A stretch of DNA of 64,000 nucleotides from Mobula hypostoma (GCF_963921235.1 NC_086097.1:238082001-238146000), one strand, 5' to 3'; counted from the stretch's first letter, positions 48,593-62,350 are shown. Notes: generated by a model from the sequence alone, not told the origin. Translations and numbers: made by a program.

Positions 48593-49394
48593 TCCATGGG
48601 TTAAATTGTATGCTTTTCTATGATGAGTAATGAAAGAGGATTAGGAGATCATTAGACCTGTGCTCCTGCTCACTATTCAACAATATCATAGGTGAAGTTT
48701 TAACTTAGCACCATTTTCCGCTCTGCCCTGAACTCCCTTGATTCCATTGATATCTAAATCTTATCTATTCCTATCTTGAATATACTCAGTGACCTAGCTT
48801 CCACTGGCACCTCGAAAGGAGCATTCCAAAAATACCAAACCTCTGGGTAAAGTGAATCTCCTTATCTTCTTGGTCCTCTATGACCAACACCATGTTTTGG
48901 GAATTGTGACACCCAAGTGCTTGACAACCCTGTCAGAAAGAAAACATTATTCCTGCCTTTCTCTCATGAATTTTATATGTTTTAATGGGGTCTCCTCTCG
49001 TTCTTCTAAACTCAGAGGACAGACATAGTCTACTGTATATTTCCTCATTGAACAAATTTACCCTTCAATCTGATGAACTGCTATAGATCAGGCACTCTCC
49101 GTATTACAAGAATATATACTATTTCCTCAGTGTTATGTTGTATTCTGAGTAAAATCTTATCTGGACATACTATAGTTACCTTATCTTACTAGAGAACAGT
49201 TCTAAGACTAATGAATGGTTTCCTAGTACATTAAGATGGACTCTTGACCTCTCAATCTACCTTGTTATGACCTTTCATCTTCTTATTTACCTGCACTGCA
49301 TTTTCTCTATAAGTGTAGCACTTCATTTGCTATTCCTGTTTTGCACCATTCAGCTATTTTTCTTTGTGATTTTTGTATTTTTATTATTGTACAG

Positions 49395-49682
49395 GACCAT
49401 GGTAGTGTAGTGGTTAGCCCAACACTATTATAGCCTGGGGCTTCGGAGTTCAGAGTTCAATTCCTGCATCCTCCGTAAGGAGTTTGTTTATCCTCCCTGT
49501 GGAATATGTGGGTTACCTCCGAGTGCTCCGGTTTTCTTCCGCTGTCCAAAGGCGTACCGGTTTGTATTTTAGTAGTTGAGTTGTCCCGTGATTAGGCTAG
49601 GGGTAAACTGGGTGGTTGCCGGGCAATGCAGCTCATAGAGTCTATTCCAGCTGTACTTCTAAACAAGTAAATAAATAAATAA
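49395..49682 (+). mobile_element. V-SINE/HE1-like SINE
   Basis: tagtgtagtggttag head, gttcaattcc B box, V-domain, (TAAA)n tail. Confidence 0.85.
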
Positions 49683-49863
49683 AATTGTTTTGTTTTGTGA
49701 CTCACCCTGTACTGCTGCTGGAGAACAATGAAATTCACAACATAATTCAGTTATAATAAACCTGATGTTGATTTTGATTAGTTGACAAGAGACTGTTCAT
49801 AGAATCACAGAGTAATGTAGGATAAAACAGCTCCTTCAGTCCATGCTATTTATGATGACCATC

Positions 49864-50320
49864 AAGATTCAGAATTGTTTAATGGCATTTCCAGTACACA
49901 ATTGTAAAGGAGAACAAAATAATTGTTACTCTGGATCTGATGCAGCACGAAAAAACACAATAAGATAAAGAACACAACAATTAAAAAAAAACACAATAAA
50001 TATAAATACATGAGATGGCTTATATGCAATAGGTTGATTGTATGCCCATAAAGTGACGCTGGGCACAGGAGTGTCTGTGCATAAGGTGACCCTGACAGGA
50101 AATGATAAAGTAGAGGCAATGGGGAAGTAGAGGGGTGGGTTATTGAGTGGAGGTGTTGATCAGCCTTCCTGTTTGGGGAAAGTAACTGTTTTTGAGTCTG
50201 CTGGTCCTGGCATGGTTGCTACATAGCCTTCTCCCTGATTGGAGGGGGATATACAGTCCATGAGCAGGGCTGGTGTGATCCTTCATGATGTTACTGGCCC
50301 TTTTCCAGCATCTTTCTGTA
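49864..50320 (-). mobile_element. Rex1-type LINE 3' end
   Basis: caagattcag tail; minus strand ASNIMKDHTSPAHGLYIPLQSGRRL. Confidence 0.7.
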
Positions 50321-50919
50321 TATTATATATATATATATATATATATGTATATCTCAAGTACCAATTTTAACTAATCTCTTTAACCAGCACTCTCTAGGTA
50401 GCTTTGGTAATCTTCATGCCCGTGCTTAAGCATCGTAAAGATGTTGATCTCTGTCACCCACTCAGGCAGTGCATTCCATCCACTCTCTGTTAAAAAAAAG
50501 TTTTCCTTCAGACTCCCGGTAAAGTTCTTATCCATAACTTAAACGTACAGTATACCCTCTAGTTTTAGATATCTGTGATATCTCTGATATCAGTTTATCC
50601 ATGTAAATTAGAGGAAAATTTTAATATCTGCTGAAATAAAAAAAATTACAATGATTTTGCCGGGTCTGGGCGACCTGAGTTAAGATTGAATTGGTTTGGA
50701 CTATATTCCTTGGAATGTAGAAGATTGAAGCTAGATTTGATAGAGGTATAGAAAATTATGAGGGGTATAAATAGGGTGAATGCAAGCAGTCTTTTTCCAC
50801 TGAGGTTGGGTGGGACTACAAACAGAGCTCATGGGTTAAAGGTGAAAGGTGAAACATTTAAGGGGAAGGTCGATGGCAATAGGCATTTTAAATGTTTTCA
50901 GAATGGACAGGTTGGGCCA

Positions 50920-51360
50920 GTTTATACTTTATAGTCGCCAAACAATTGATACTAGAACGTACAATCATCACAGCAATATTTAATTCTGTGCTTCGTGCTC
51001 CCTGGAGTACAAATTGATAGTAAGTTGTAAAAGTTTAAATTATAAATCATAAATAGAAAATAGAAAAAGACAAGTAAGGTAGTGCAAAAAAACCGAGAGG
51101 CAGGTCTGGACATTTGGAGGGTACGGCCCAGATCTGGGTCAGGATCCGTTCAGCAGTCTTATCACAGTTGGAAAGAAGCTGTTCCCAAATCTGGCCGTAC
51201 GAGTCTTCAAGCTCCTGAGCCTTCTCCCGGAGGGAAGAGGGACGAAAAGTGTGTTGGCTGGGTGGGTAGTATCATTGATTATCCTGGCAGCACTAATCCG
51301 ACAGCGTGCGGTGTAAAGTGAGTTCAAGGACGGAAGATTGGTTTGTGTGATGCGCTGATC
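50920..51360 (-). mobile_element. Rex1-type LINE 3' fragment (distinct subfamily) inside a CR1 tail
   Basis: ARIINDTTHPANTLFVPLPSGRRLRSLKTRTARFGNSFFPTVIRLLN. Confidence 0.85.
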
Positions 51361-51845
51361 TGTGTTTCTGTGCTGTACTTGTCTATGACTCTATAAACAA
51401 AGCTTTGAAACTGGTAAAACAAATTTTTTCCTCTTCATTTGCCAAAATGTTATTTGATGAGGCTAAGCAAGAGAACTGAACGATAAAGCCAATCTGCACC
51501 TAACCTTTGACTTTCATCTGACATTTTAAAGCCTGGAGTTCTGCAGAAACTGCTTTTTCATCATCAAAGTGCACAAAGCAATTTGGCAAGGCTCCTTTAA
51601 CAGTATTTCTCAAATAAATAACCTCCATTTCAGGGATCAATGGCAAAAAATGCATAAAATGCCAACACCTCTCAGCTCCCTCACAAGTCACCCATGTCTA
51701 TGTCTTGCAAAAATGTTACTCCTTAGTTATCACTGGGTCAAAGTCCTGCAGCTCACAATCAAAAAGTATGTTGGCCTAAATCTACTAAGCAGTTTGTAGG
51801 AGATTGGGAGGTCAAGAAGAAAGACCATCACCCCATTAGAACACA

Positions 51846-52405
51846 CAGTACTGTGCAGAGGTCTGTGGCACATTATTTATATATATATAGTGCCTAAAAC
51901 TTTGGCATAGTACTGAAATTGTCAATGTGAAGCAGAGTGAGTTTGTAAACCTAGTGGGAGAAAAGGATGTTGGGAATGGTGAGGGCGGAACACTGCAGGA
52001 TGGGTGTCGAGTAGGTGACAGAGAAGGAATGTTGGCCGGTGGGGGGGGGGCGGTGGGGGTGGCACAGGTGCAGACACACCCAGCCCTGAGATACTAAGCA
52101 AGGTCATTTGATTCCAAACAATTGGTTTATTAATCATTACCGAATGTCTCTTTTGTGCTTCCCACTTCCTCCCCTCTCTGTTCCCCTTTTCCCAGCCATG
52201 ATTCAATTCTCTCTGCCCCCTTCCCACTCTCAGTCCACAACAGAGACCCACATCAGAATCAGGTTTATCATCACTCACATATGTCATGAAATTTATTTTT
52301 TTGTGGCAGCAGTACAATGCAATATATAAAATTACCACAGTACCGTGCAAAATTTTAGGCTTCCTAGCTATGTATATATGTGCCTAAAACTTTAGCACAG
52401 CACTG
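51846..52405. mobile_element. Composite non-autonomous DNA element, copy 3
   Basis: End MITEs 51846-51915 and 52338-52405; same core as copies 1 and 2. Confidence 0.85.
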
Positions 52406-52917
52406 TACCACAACACAAAATGGGCCCTTCCGCCCATAATGTTGCAGTGACCTTTTAACCTGCTCCAAGATTAATCGAACCCTTCTCTCCCACATAGCCC
52501 TCCATTTTTCTTTTACCTACGTGCCTATCTGAGACTCTCTAAAATGTCCCTAATGTATCAGCCTCTGCCACCAGCCTGGCACCAAGTTCCACACGCCCAC
52601 CGCTCCCTGTGTAAAAAGCATACCTGTAACATCTCCTCTATACTTTCCTCCCATCAATTTAAAATTATGCCCCATCACGTAAGTCATAAATATATTCATA
52701 AGGGCGAGTAAGGGTGGCTGCAGAGTGTGGATTCATCTGTAATGCCTTCATACAATCAAAGAATTAAAATCCCTCAGTCCCAGATATACAAGTTATATTA
52801 TGAATGGATTGGTGGTATTTTCCAAGCTGTAATGTAACATGAATGAATGTTATAAAAGGCCAACAGAAGACACATTTGAGGAGAAGATGGACCTCTGTTG
52901 CAGTGGGAATTGTGATG

Positions 52918-53524
52918 CAGAATCAGAAGCGCAATTAGATTTATCATCAGTCATATGTCATGAAATTTGTTGTTTTGTACAGTGTATGATACAAAATATA
53001 CCACAGGTTACAAGAAGAAATATGTTTAGAAAAATGAAATAAATACAAAAACAGTGCAAAAATATTTAAGTAGTGTTTACGGGTTCAAGGATTGATCAGA
53101 AATCTGATGGTGGAGGGGAAGAAACTGTTCCTAAGCTGTTGAGTGCGTGTCTTCGGGCTCCTGTACCTCTCCCTGATGGTAGCAATGAGAAGAGGGCATT
53201 GTCCTGGGTGATGGAGGTCCTTCATGATGCATGCTGCCTTTTTGAGGCATCGCTCCTTGAAAATATCCTTGATGGTGGGGAGGCTAGTGCCCATGATGGA
53301 GCTGGCTAAGTTTCAAACTTTCTGAAGCTTTTATTGATCCTGTGCAGTGGCCCCTCCATACCAGATGGCGATGCAACCGGTTAGAATGCTCTGCATTCTA
53401 TATTTGTACAAATTTGTGAGAGTCTTAGGTGGCAAAACAGATCTCCTCAAACTTAAATGAAGTATCGCTGCTGGTATGCCTTCTTCATAATTGCATCATT
53501 ATGCTGGACCCAGGCCAGGTCTTC
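52918..53524 (-). mobile_element. Rex1-type LINE 3' fragment
   Basis: MGTSLPTIKDIFKERCLKKAA...RNSFFPSTIRF; cagaatcaga tail. Confidence 0.85.
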
Positions 53525-54152
53525 ACATAGAGTCATAGAAAAGTCCATCAAGAAACAGGCCATTCAGCCCATCTAGTCCATGCCAAAGTCATTTAATTTG
53601 CCTACTCCAAACGACCTGCACTGGGACCATAGGCCTCCATAGCCCTACCACCCATGTATCCATCCAAACTTTACTTAAATGTTGAAATCAAGTTCACATG
53701 AACCACTTGTGCTGGCATCTCGTTCTCCACTCTCACAATCCTCTGAGTTAGGAAGCTTCCCCTTATGTTCCGCTTATAATTTTCACCTTTCACCCTCAAC
53801 CCCTGACCTCTGGTTGTCATCCCACCCAACCTCAGTGAAAAAAGTCTGCATGTATTCACCCTATCTATACCCCTCATAAATTGGTGTACCTCTATCAAAT
53901 CTCCTCTCAATCTTCAATGTTCTTAGGAATAAAGTACTGAACTATTCAATCTTTCCTTATAACTTAGGTTCTCCAGATCCAGCAACATCTTTGTAAATTT
54001 CCTCTGTTCTCTTTCAACCTCATTTACATCTTCCCTGTAGGTAGGTGAGCAAAACTGCACACAATAATCCAAATTCAGCCTCACCAACCTCTTATACAAC
54101 TTCCACATAACATCCCATCTCCTATTCTCAATACTTTGATTTATGAAGGCCA
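53525..54152 (-). mobile_element. CR1 LINE 3' fragment
   Basis: LYKRLVR.NLDYCVQF.SP.YR; RGDLIEV; catagagtcatag tail. Confidence 0.85.
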
Positions 54153-54999
54153 TCTGTAGTAAATGCTGCTCATTTAAAGCTGTTGCCCAGTGAGAATAGG
54201 TCTGATGTTATTGAGATAATTTGGGTCACTGAGATGTTCTTCCTCTCCCTGATTAACACTTGTGTAAAGTGAGAAAACATACATTTACAAAAAAATGGTT
54301 CTGCTGGGAGCTCAGGCTAATACTATTTGCATATCAAACATTAGGCACAGACAGTTGGGAACAGAGGGAAACCCGATCACAAATATTTCCTCTGGTGTGC
54401 ACAACAACCTAAAACACAGTGGTGAAGACTTCATGCTAATCCTCAATACCCGTCTTCACTGAGAGATCAGTGGTGAAAAGGGTTCGTAGCGTCAAGTCTC
54501 TGGATGCCGACGTTTCTGAGGAAATATCCTGGGTTCAGCGTACTGACAGGATCATAAAAAAGACATGCCAAAGGTTCTGCTTTATTAGGAGTTTGAAGAA
54601 GTTTGAATCGTCACCAAAGACTCCAGTAAAAATTTCTACGGATGTATGGTTGGAAACATTCTGGCTGATTGGAGCCCCCAAGGTGCAGGATTGCAAGAGA
54701 CTGCAGAAGGTCGTAGACTCAGTTCCATCACGGGCACAACCTTTCCTGCCATCGAAGAACCACAGTGTTTTAAGAGAAGCTTCTTACCCTCCAACATCAT
54801 ATTTCTGAACAGTCCATGAACGCCATCTCAGTATTTCTTTTTTTTTATTGTGCTGTGGGAAGCGAGGGAGGAGATTGCTGAGCCTCTGGTGATGATCTTT
54901 GCAATCATCAATGAGGATGTGACAGGTTCCAGAGGATCGGAGGGTTGCGGATGTTGTTCCTTTATTCAAGAAAGGGAGTAGAGATAGCCCAGGAAATTA

Positions 55000-55329
55000 C
55001 AGCACGGAAACAGGCCATCTCGGCCCTTCTAGTCCATGCCGAATGCTTACTCTCACCTAGTCCCACCGACTTGCACTCAGCCCATAACCCTCCATTCCTT
55101 TCCTGTCCATATAGCTATCCAATTTTACTTTAAATGACAACATCGAGCCTGCCGCTACCACTTCTACTGGAATCTCGTTCCACACAGCTACCACGCTCTG
55201 AGTAAAGAAGTTCCCCCTCGTGTTACCCCTAAACTTTTGTCCCCTAACTATCAACTCATGTCCTCTTGTTTGAATCTCCCCTACTCTCAATGGAAAAAGC
55301 CTATCCATATCAACTCTCTCTATCCCGAT
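55000..55329 (-). mobile_element. CR1 3' fragment nested in another CR1
   Basis: TRGHEL...GNFFTQ.VV.VWNE; flanked by AATTA (54995-54999, 55330-55334). Confidence 0.85.
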
Positions 55330-55764
55330 AATTATAGACCAGTGAGTCTTACTTCAGTGGTTGGCAAGTTGATGGAGAAAATCCTGAGAGGCAAGATTTT
55401 TGAACATTTGGGAGGCATAACATGATTAGGAATAGTCAGATTGGCTTTGTCAAAGGCAGGTCTTGCCTTACGAGCCTGATTAAATTTTTTTGAGGATGTG
55501 ATGAAACACCTTGATGAAGGTAAAGCTGCAGGTGTAGTGTATATGGATTTCAGCAAGGCATTTGATAAGGAACCCCATGCAAGGCTTATTGAGAAAGTAA
55601 GGAGGCATGGGATCCAAGGGGACATTGCTTTGTGGATCCAGAATTGGCTTGCCCACAGAAGGCAAAGAGTGGTTGTAGATGGGTCATATTCTGCATGGAG
55701 GTCAGTCATCAGTGGTGTGCCTCAGGGATCTGTTCTGGGACTCCTACTCTTTGTGATTTTTAAA

Positions 55765-56653
55765 TGTAACTGGGTGACCGTCGAATCTTATTCATTACTG
55801 TTAAAAGTGTACTTAGGCATCCATCCGGGTAATGCTAGAGTAGTTGTCTGTGCCTTTAAGTGGAGACAGTGATGTCATTACGCACGCGCGGGATAGTGGG
55901 GAGACCATTTTTGTTTTTGGCAGGAGAAGCTGGTGGGGCTTTGGGATTAAGTTCCTCCCAGAGATACTGGGCATGATGAGGAACGGTGAGTATTAATTGA
56001 TGATATCTATATGAATTCGTTTACACTTGTTGGAGAATTGAGAACATTTGACATGTTTTACATGTGGATGCTTTAGATTTTCAAGAGTGCAGGCATCGGC
56101 GCTGGATAGCGTGGCTGATGCAAAGTTCCTCACCAGCGAAGTAGGTCAGTCTTCCTGTAATTTAACTACCAGGCAATATCTTGTAAAAGTTGTGCCAAAG
56201 TGTACCTTTTGTCTAACTTTATTGTATCATGACTGTTTGTGAACATAACAGCGTAACGTGAATGTTTAGTCTCTGTTTGGAAGCTTAGCACATGTGTACT
56301 AAAAGGGAGTAGACGTCTTAGCTGAGATGTATTCACTTACATTTTCACTGCTATGTATAAGCTATGTTGGCGGGATTCTAATATTGTTTGTATTACGTTC
56401 CCTCAGAATTGCCACTACCGTATTAGTTTTGTGCAATTTGCTTTATGTATTTTTATACTGCATACGCTATTTGTCGATACAGAAGTGTGTGGATCGAAAG
56501 TTAGACTGAGATTGTAATGGCAGGAACTGATTGTAGATTCATTTGTTTTGTTTTCAGACCTTCTTCCGGCACTAAAACATCTAAAACAGATAAAGGAATT
56601 AAAAGCTGAAAAAGTATTTGTTGTCCTGAGTGTGTACTTTTCCCCGGGCTACA
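55765..56653 (+). mobile_element. Solo LTR (Gypsy-like), long variant
   Basis: TGTA...TACA termini; homologous to 5966-6493 at both ends; interrupts CR1 RT; TSD imperfect. Confidence 0.9.
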
Positions 56654-57769
56654 AAATATAAATGACCTGGATGAGGAAGTGGAGGGAGGGGTTAGTGAAT
56701 TTGCTGATGATACAAAGGTTGGGTGTGTTGTGGATAGTTTGGAAGGCTGTCAGAGGTTACAGCGGGACATTGACAGGATGCAAAACTGGGCTGAGAAGTG
56801 GCAGATGGAGTTCAACCCAGGTAAGTGTGAGGTGGTTCATTTTGGTAGGTCAAATATGATGGCAGAATATAGCATTAATGGTAAGACTCTTGGAAGTGTA
56901 GAGGAATAGAAGGATCTTGGGGTCCGAGTCCATAGGACACTCAAAGCTGCCTGGCAGGTTGACTATGCGATTAAGGCGGCATACAGTGCATTGGCCTTCA
57001 TCAACTATGGGATTGAGTTTAGGAGCCGAGAGGTAAGGTTGCAGCTATTTAGAGCCCTGGTCATGCCCCACTTGGAGTACTGTGCTCAGTTCTGGTCGCC
57101 TCATTACAGGAAGGACATGGAAACCATAGAAAGGGTGCAGGAGATTTCCAAGGATGTTGCCTGGATTGGGAAGCATGCCTTATGAGAATAGGTTGAGTGA
57201 ACTCGGACTTTTCTCCTTGGAGTGACGGAGGATGAGAGGTGACCTGATAGAGGTGTACAAGATAATGAGAGGCATTGATTGCATGGATATTCAGAGGCTT
57301 TTTCCCAGGGCTGAAATGACTAGCACGAGAGGGCATAGTTTTAAGGTGCTTGGAAGTAGGTACAGAGGAGGTGTCACGGGTAATTTTTTTACGCAGAAAG
57401 CATGAGTGCGTGGAACGGGCTGCCAGTGGAGCTGGTGGAGACGGAAACGAAAGGGTCTTTTAAGAGACTCCTGGACAGGTACATGGAGCTTAGAAAAATA
57501 GAGGGATATGGGTAAGCCTAGGTAGTTCTAAGGTAAGGACATGTTCGACACAACTTTGTACGTTTTCTATGTTTCTATGTTTTTATTTGTTTACTTGTCA
57601 AACTTACAGAAATGTTTATGCATTGCATTGTCCTACTGCTGCAAAACAACAAATTTCACCACGTACGCCAGTGATAATAAATGTGATTCTGGTTGTCCAC
57701 CTACAGGAGAGAAGGTTACAAAGGTAAACATCGGGGTGTTGCAATCTTAACCATCCTCAGGAAAGGAGG

Positions 57770-58025
57770 AAAAGATCATCCAGAGAGGGCTTTCTGCTAT
57801 ACAGAAAACTGTTACCACGGCTGCGTAGTGCTGTACATGTATTTCCAATAACTGAAGGTCTGCTACTTGAATTACCGTGTGGATTACATTCATTTTGCTG
57901 CAGAGTGGACACAAACTTCACTCTACAAAAACGCCAAGAAAACTGCACGGAGTGGCAAAAATGATTAAAAATGGCCTTTATGCACCTTCCTAAAGCCTTT
58001 GACTGCAGCAGTCAGCTGGGGCTGA
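57770..58025 (+). pseudogene. Ancient RTE-clade RT fragment
   Basis: Translates PITEGLLLELPCGL...VDTNFTLQKRQENCTE..*..MAFMHLPKAFD, resembling RTE LPESQCGFR...DMIF..RQLQEKC.E...AF.DL.KAFD. Confidence 0.7.
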
Positions 58026-58637
58026 CTTACATCTGCCTTCTGTATGTTTCCTGGTGTCACACAGGACACGACGCTAACTAATGTTACAACCCAAGGAACA
58101 GTCCTTGCTTGTAATGAACTGACATCAATGCCTCTGAGGAAAAGGATACATAAAACTATCGAGAATTTAAACTAATGCAATGGCAAAAAGAGAAGCTTTC
58201 AAATGCAGATGGATGGACATGCTGGAATGGTGATGATCAGTTGTTTACATTGCAGGACACTCATCTGTACTGGATGAATTGGATAAGCACAAAGTACATT
58301 ATTAAAATTGGATGATGTAATTTAGGTAAGTAGTTTAACAACAAAGGGAATTCAAATCAGTTTAAGGAATGTAGTCATGTGAGTGGAATAGTGAATAGGC
58401 AGTAGCTAGTTTTCTTTCTCAATCCATGCCAGTTCTCCTCAATCAAACCAGGTTTTTTTTTGAATAAGTGTTTGCTCTGTCCCACATCATAGTTTTCAAA
58501 ACTTACCTATTATCAATATTCAGATTATTCCTTTTTTTCCCTGATCCAATATTATTCTCAGATATTTATTCACTATTGTTTGTTCTGAATATCTGTGAAA
58601 TTTGTGTTAAGGATGGTGGTGAATATTGGGAGGTCAG

Positions 58638-58856
58638 TGTGGTAAACCATGTATATACATTGTAACTGGACACGCCTCTCTGCTGGCTGCTCCTGTGGCT
58701 CCTCCCACAGACCCCTGAATAAAGGCGATTGTGCCACTGCTCCTCCCTCAGTCCAGCACAGACACACAGCATGGACGAGGACCCATTTTACTGTTAATAA
58801 CAGCCTTTCAGTATTTATTCTACTTCCAGTCTTTTGGAGTAATTGATAGCGCATAA
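58638..58856 (+). mobile_element. Short solo LTR (219 bp)
   Basis: Starts TG, ends GCATAA (probably from GCATCA); perfect 5-bp TSD GTCAG at 58633-58637 and 58857-58861. Confidence 0.75.
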
Positions 58857-59445
58857 GTCAGGTTGGGGTGTTTGATGTTGTGGTGTTCACCGAGTTTGGC
58901 AAATAACTCCAAGCTTGCAAGTTAATTGCTAAACTCAATGAACACCTCAACATGAAACAGCTTGCCTTCTTCTGCATAGTAGTTGCTTGTCAGTCTTTGT
59001 GTGTGTAGTTTTTCACTGATTCTATTGTATTTCTTTGCTCTCCTGTGAATGCCTGCAAGAATATGAATCACAGGGTAGCATTCAGAGACATATACGTAAT
59101 TTGATAATAAATTTACATTGAATTTTGAACAATAGAATCAGCACACTATCAGACCACAAGCACAATTTCCAATTACCACTGGAATTTTGGTGAATCCCAC
59201 CTACTAATTTCATTAAGAATTAAAATATTCATTTGCGTTTGAAAGAATAAAAATACATGGCAAGTTGTTACAGTCTCTGGGAACATGACAGCCCATACCC
59301 GAATATTTTTGTATCTTGTTTAAGTGGGAACAGCTGTTTTGCTTCTATTTTAACATATCTTGGCATATGGAAGTTAAATCTATTTCTAGCTTCTTATCAT
59401 GATTATGTCTGTAATATCTCTAAGGTTCCTTAAAGTTCTCATAGC

Positions 59446-59995
59446 TGGGGGTGGTAATGGGGATAAGCTCCCACTACCTAATAAAAGCACCCAATCGTGT
59501 CCAAAATAACCACTGATAACCAAGTTCAGCTCCTGGCTTTCCCAAGTGGCTTAGCTGCTAAGCCCAGCAGACGTTTCTACTGACAGGAGAAGGGGCAAAG
59601 GTGGGTTACTGGCGCCTTAAAATCAGTCACTTTGGGCAGACGAGGCTCGTCAACCGTGGTTGGCAGCTCATCTGGGAGAAGGAACACTCTGATCTCAAAC
59701 CTACGATGCCTTGCAGCTATACTCACTCGGGGGAAGGCTTTCGGAGTAAGCCCTGGGGGAAAATTCCGGAGGTGGAACCTCTAAGGCAGCCCTACATTGA
59801 GTTCAATGCTGAATGGCAACTCTTGCGATGCCGCTGGTGCCTAACTGTATCAGACTCTGCCATTCCTGTGTATTCAACGGCTGCGTGGAGAGGGGGAGCC
59901 TGCTACCTGGGCAACAGCTTACTCTCCAAATTCTACTGCCCTGACTTTCGCACCAGCTTGCATACCACCTAGATAGCTGGGATGCAATGTTCCCT
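59446..59995 (+). mobile_element. RTE 5'-UTR-like non-autonomous repeat
   Basis: GC-rich, no ORF, contains ggagaaggaacactctgatctcaaacc (recalled RTE 5'-UTR motif); homologous to 34915-35270 and to the body of the SINE at 20484. Confidence 0.65.
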
Positions 59996-61544
59996 CTGAA
60001 GTAAGCAAGTACATGCGCTCACATATTTTGCTACTAACACACAAAAGAAGTTAAACATCAAAGGTTACGGGGAGAAGGCTGGGAACTGGGGTTGAGGAGG
60101 AGGTAGAAGAAAAGGATCAGCCGTGATTGAATGGCGGAGCAGACTCGATGGGCCAGATGGCCTAATTCTGCTCCTATGTCTAATGGTCTAAACTGCACAC
60201 AAAAGGTTGTCACCCTCTACCTCGTTGGCATGTTAGTATATTTCATGGTCATACACAGTCACATTTCCTTTTCCGGTTTTCTGATGCGGACGCTGTTGAC
60301 AATGTGGAGTTTGCGATGGTTTGTCTTCAGACTTTCGAACTGGCTTTTATTTATACTGTTTTTATTGAAGAAATTATTGATTCACTGATTGTTGAATTCT
60401 GAAGAGGCCAAGGGCATGAAGCACAAAAGAAAACTGCTAGTTCACTTAAAGCCGAATGACTTAATGAAACAGTAGAAACTGTTATACCGAAAGCTCATGA
60501 GGTCAGGAACGTGCAGCTATGAGAATCAATACAGAAACTGATGTTACCTGCATGTACTATATTGCTGCGACTAAAAAGTTGCTGGAGAATTTGCAAGTGG
60601 GCAGAAGTGGAGTAATACTTGAAAATTTGACTTTTAAAGGTCATTTAGCAAGCAAATCACATATGGACGGTGTGCAAAAGATCCAGTGAGAAAGTTCTTC
60701 ACTACCCGTTACAGGCCTGCTACATAGATTTTGTGAGAGTGCAAATGAACATGAGTGAAAACAATCAAACCCAGAAGAAATCAAAGTTCTTATTGACAGT
60801 GTTCCGATAGCTGTTAAAATGAATACCTCTATATATAGAGTTCAGTGTGCAAAATTTTGCCCAATCTTACAGGGCAAAAAATTGCTCAACGCAAGATTTT
60901 TGTGCACACTGGGCATTACAAATTGGAGGGAATATCGCTGGGATGCAACGTCCATAGCCGACCTCAACTAATGGAGGGGCCTCAATATCTCTTTGACACA
61001 TCCTCAAAGAGAGCTCACATGATTGTAATTCATACAAATAAAATCACAAGCTTTACCTGTCTGGCAATACCCTTTAAATAGCAATGAAAGAAGTTTCTAA
61101 AGACCTGATAAAGCCTAAGTAATTTATATGCAGAGGTATCAAGCAGACTGTGAAATGTCATATGATAAGACAAACCACAATTTCAAAAAGCCTTTGGCAA
61201 AATTCTGGTCTGGGCTGGAAGCTGTTGATTAAACTGAGTGATAAGGTTTCAAGGTGAAACCCATGGAACAAGTATGAAATTAACTGAAAACCAGAATGCT
61301 GCAGATACTTGAGGAGACAAGTGAAAGTGTCAAATTTATCCTTGGAACTGCTAAAAGATTCCCCACTCCACAAGTACACCCCTTCTAACACCATACTCCC
61401 TCACACACTATTTCTTGTTTCATATATCATTCAAGATTCGAAGTACATTTATTATCAAAGTACATATGTACTACACAATCCCGAGATTCATCTTATTTTT
61501 ATGCTGTATATGGCAAATGAAATTCAGTGCTGGAAAATGCATGA

Positions 61545-62350
61545 TCATGCACTACGGTAGTAGTAAAAATGTGCAGACTATTTTCTAAATAGGGAGAAAA
61601 TCCAAAAATCTGAGATGCGAAGGAACTTGGGAGCCCTTGCGCAGAACACTCCAGGGATTAGCTTCCAGGTTGAGTCAGTGGTGAGGAAGGCATATGCAAT
61701 GTGAGCATTCATTTCAAGAGGTCCAAAGTACAAGAATAGGGATGTGATGCTGAGACTTTATAGGGCACTGATGAGGCCTAACCTCGAAAATTGTGTACAG
61801 TTTTGGGCTCCTCATCTAGGAAAAGATGTGCAGGCGTTGGAGAAGGTTCAGAGGAGGTTCACAAAAATGATTCCGGGAATGAAAGGGTTAGCATACAAGG
61901 AATGTTTGATAGCTATGGGTCTGTACCTGCTGAAATTTAAAAGGATGAGGGGGAATCTCACTGAAACCTTCGGATGTTGAAAGGCCTAGACAGAGTAGAT
62001 GTGAAAAGGATGTTTAAGGATGTTTCCCATGGTGGGTGAGTCTAGGACAGGAGGCCACAGCCTCGGGATAGAGGGGCGTCCATTTAAAACAGAGATGTGT
62101 AGAAATTTCTTTAGCCAGAAGGTTGTGGATTTATTACCACAGACAGCTGTGGAGGCCAAGTTGTTGGGTGCGTTTAAGAAAATGCTTGATAGGTTGATTG
62201 GATACGGCATCAAAGGTTACGGAGAAAAGGCTGAGGAGAATCCGTGAAGTGGAGCTGAGGAGGGAAAAAAGTATCAACCATGATTGAATGGTGGATCAGA
62301 CTCTATGGGCCAAATGGCCTAATTCTGCTCCTATGTCTTATGGTCTTATG
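61545..62350 (+). mobile_element. CR1 LINE 3' fragment
   Basis: MLRLYRALMRP.LE.CVQFWAP; PFKTEM.RNFFSQ; tcttatggtcttatgg tail. Confidence 0.9.

Larger units (their letters stand above)
54852..57580 (+). mobile_element. CR1 LINE (RT to tail), degenerate, with two nested insertions
   Basis: YMDFSKAFDK, SGVPQGSVLG, then after the LTR INDLDE..EFADDTK, WQMEFN, LEYCAQFWSP; (TTTCTATG)n tail. Confidence 0.92.

Noticed and set aside
52033..52062. G-quadruplex-like G run
   Set aside because: Local expansion within one copy of the composite repeat; the other two copies lack it.
5966..56653. Two related LTRs as the ends of one giant provirus
   Set aside because: Each interrupts a different host TE, the first has its own TATA TSD, lengths differ, and no gag/pol lies between. 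The same applies to 31747 and 46609.
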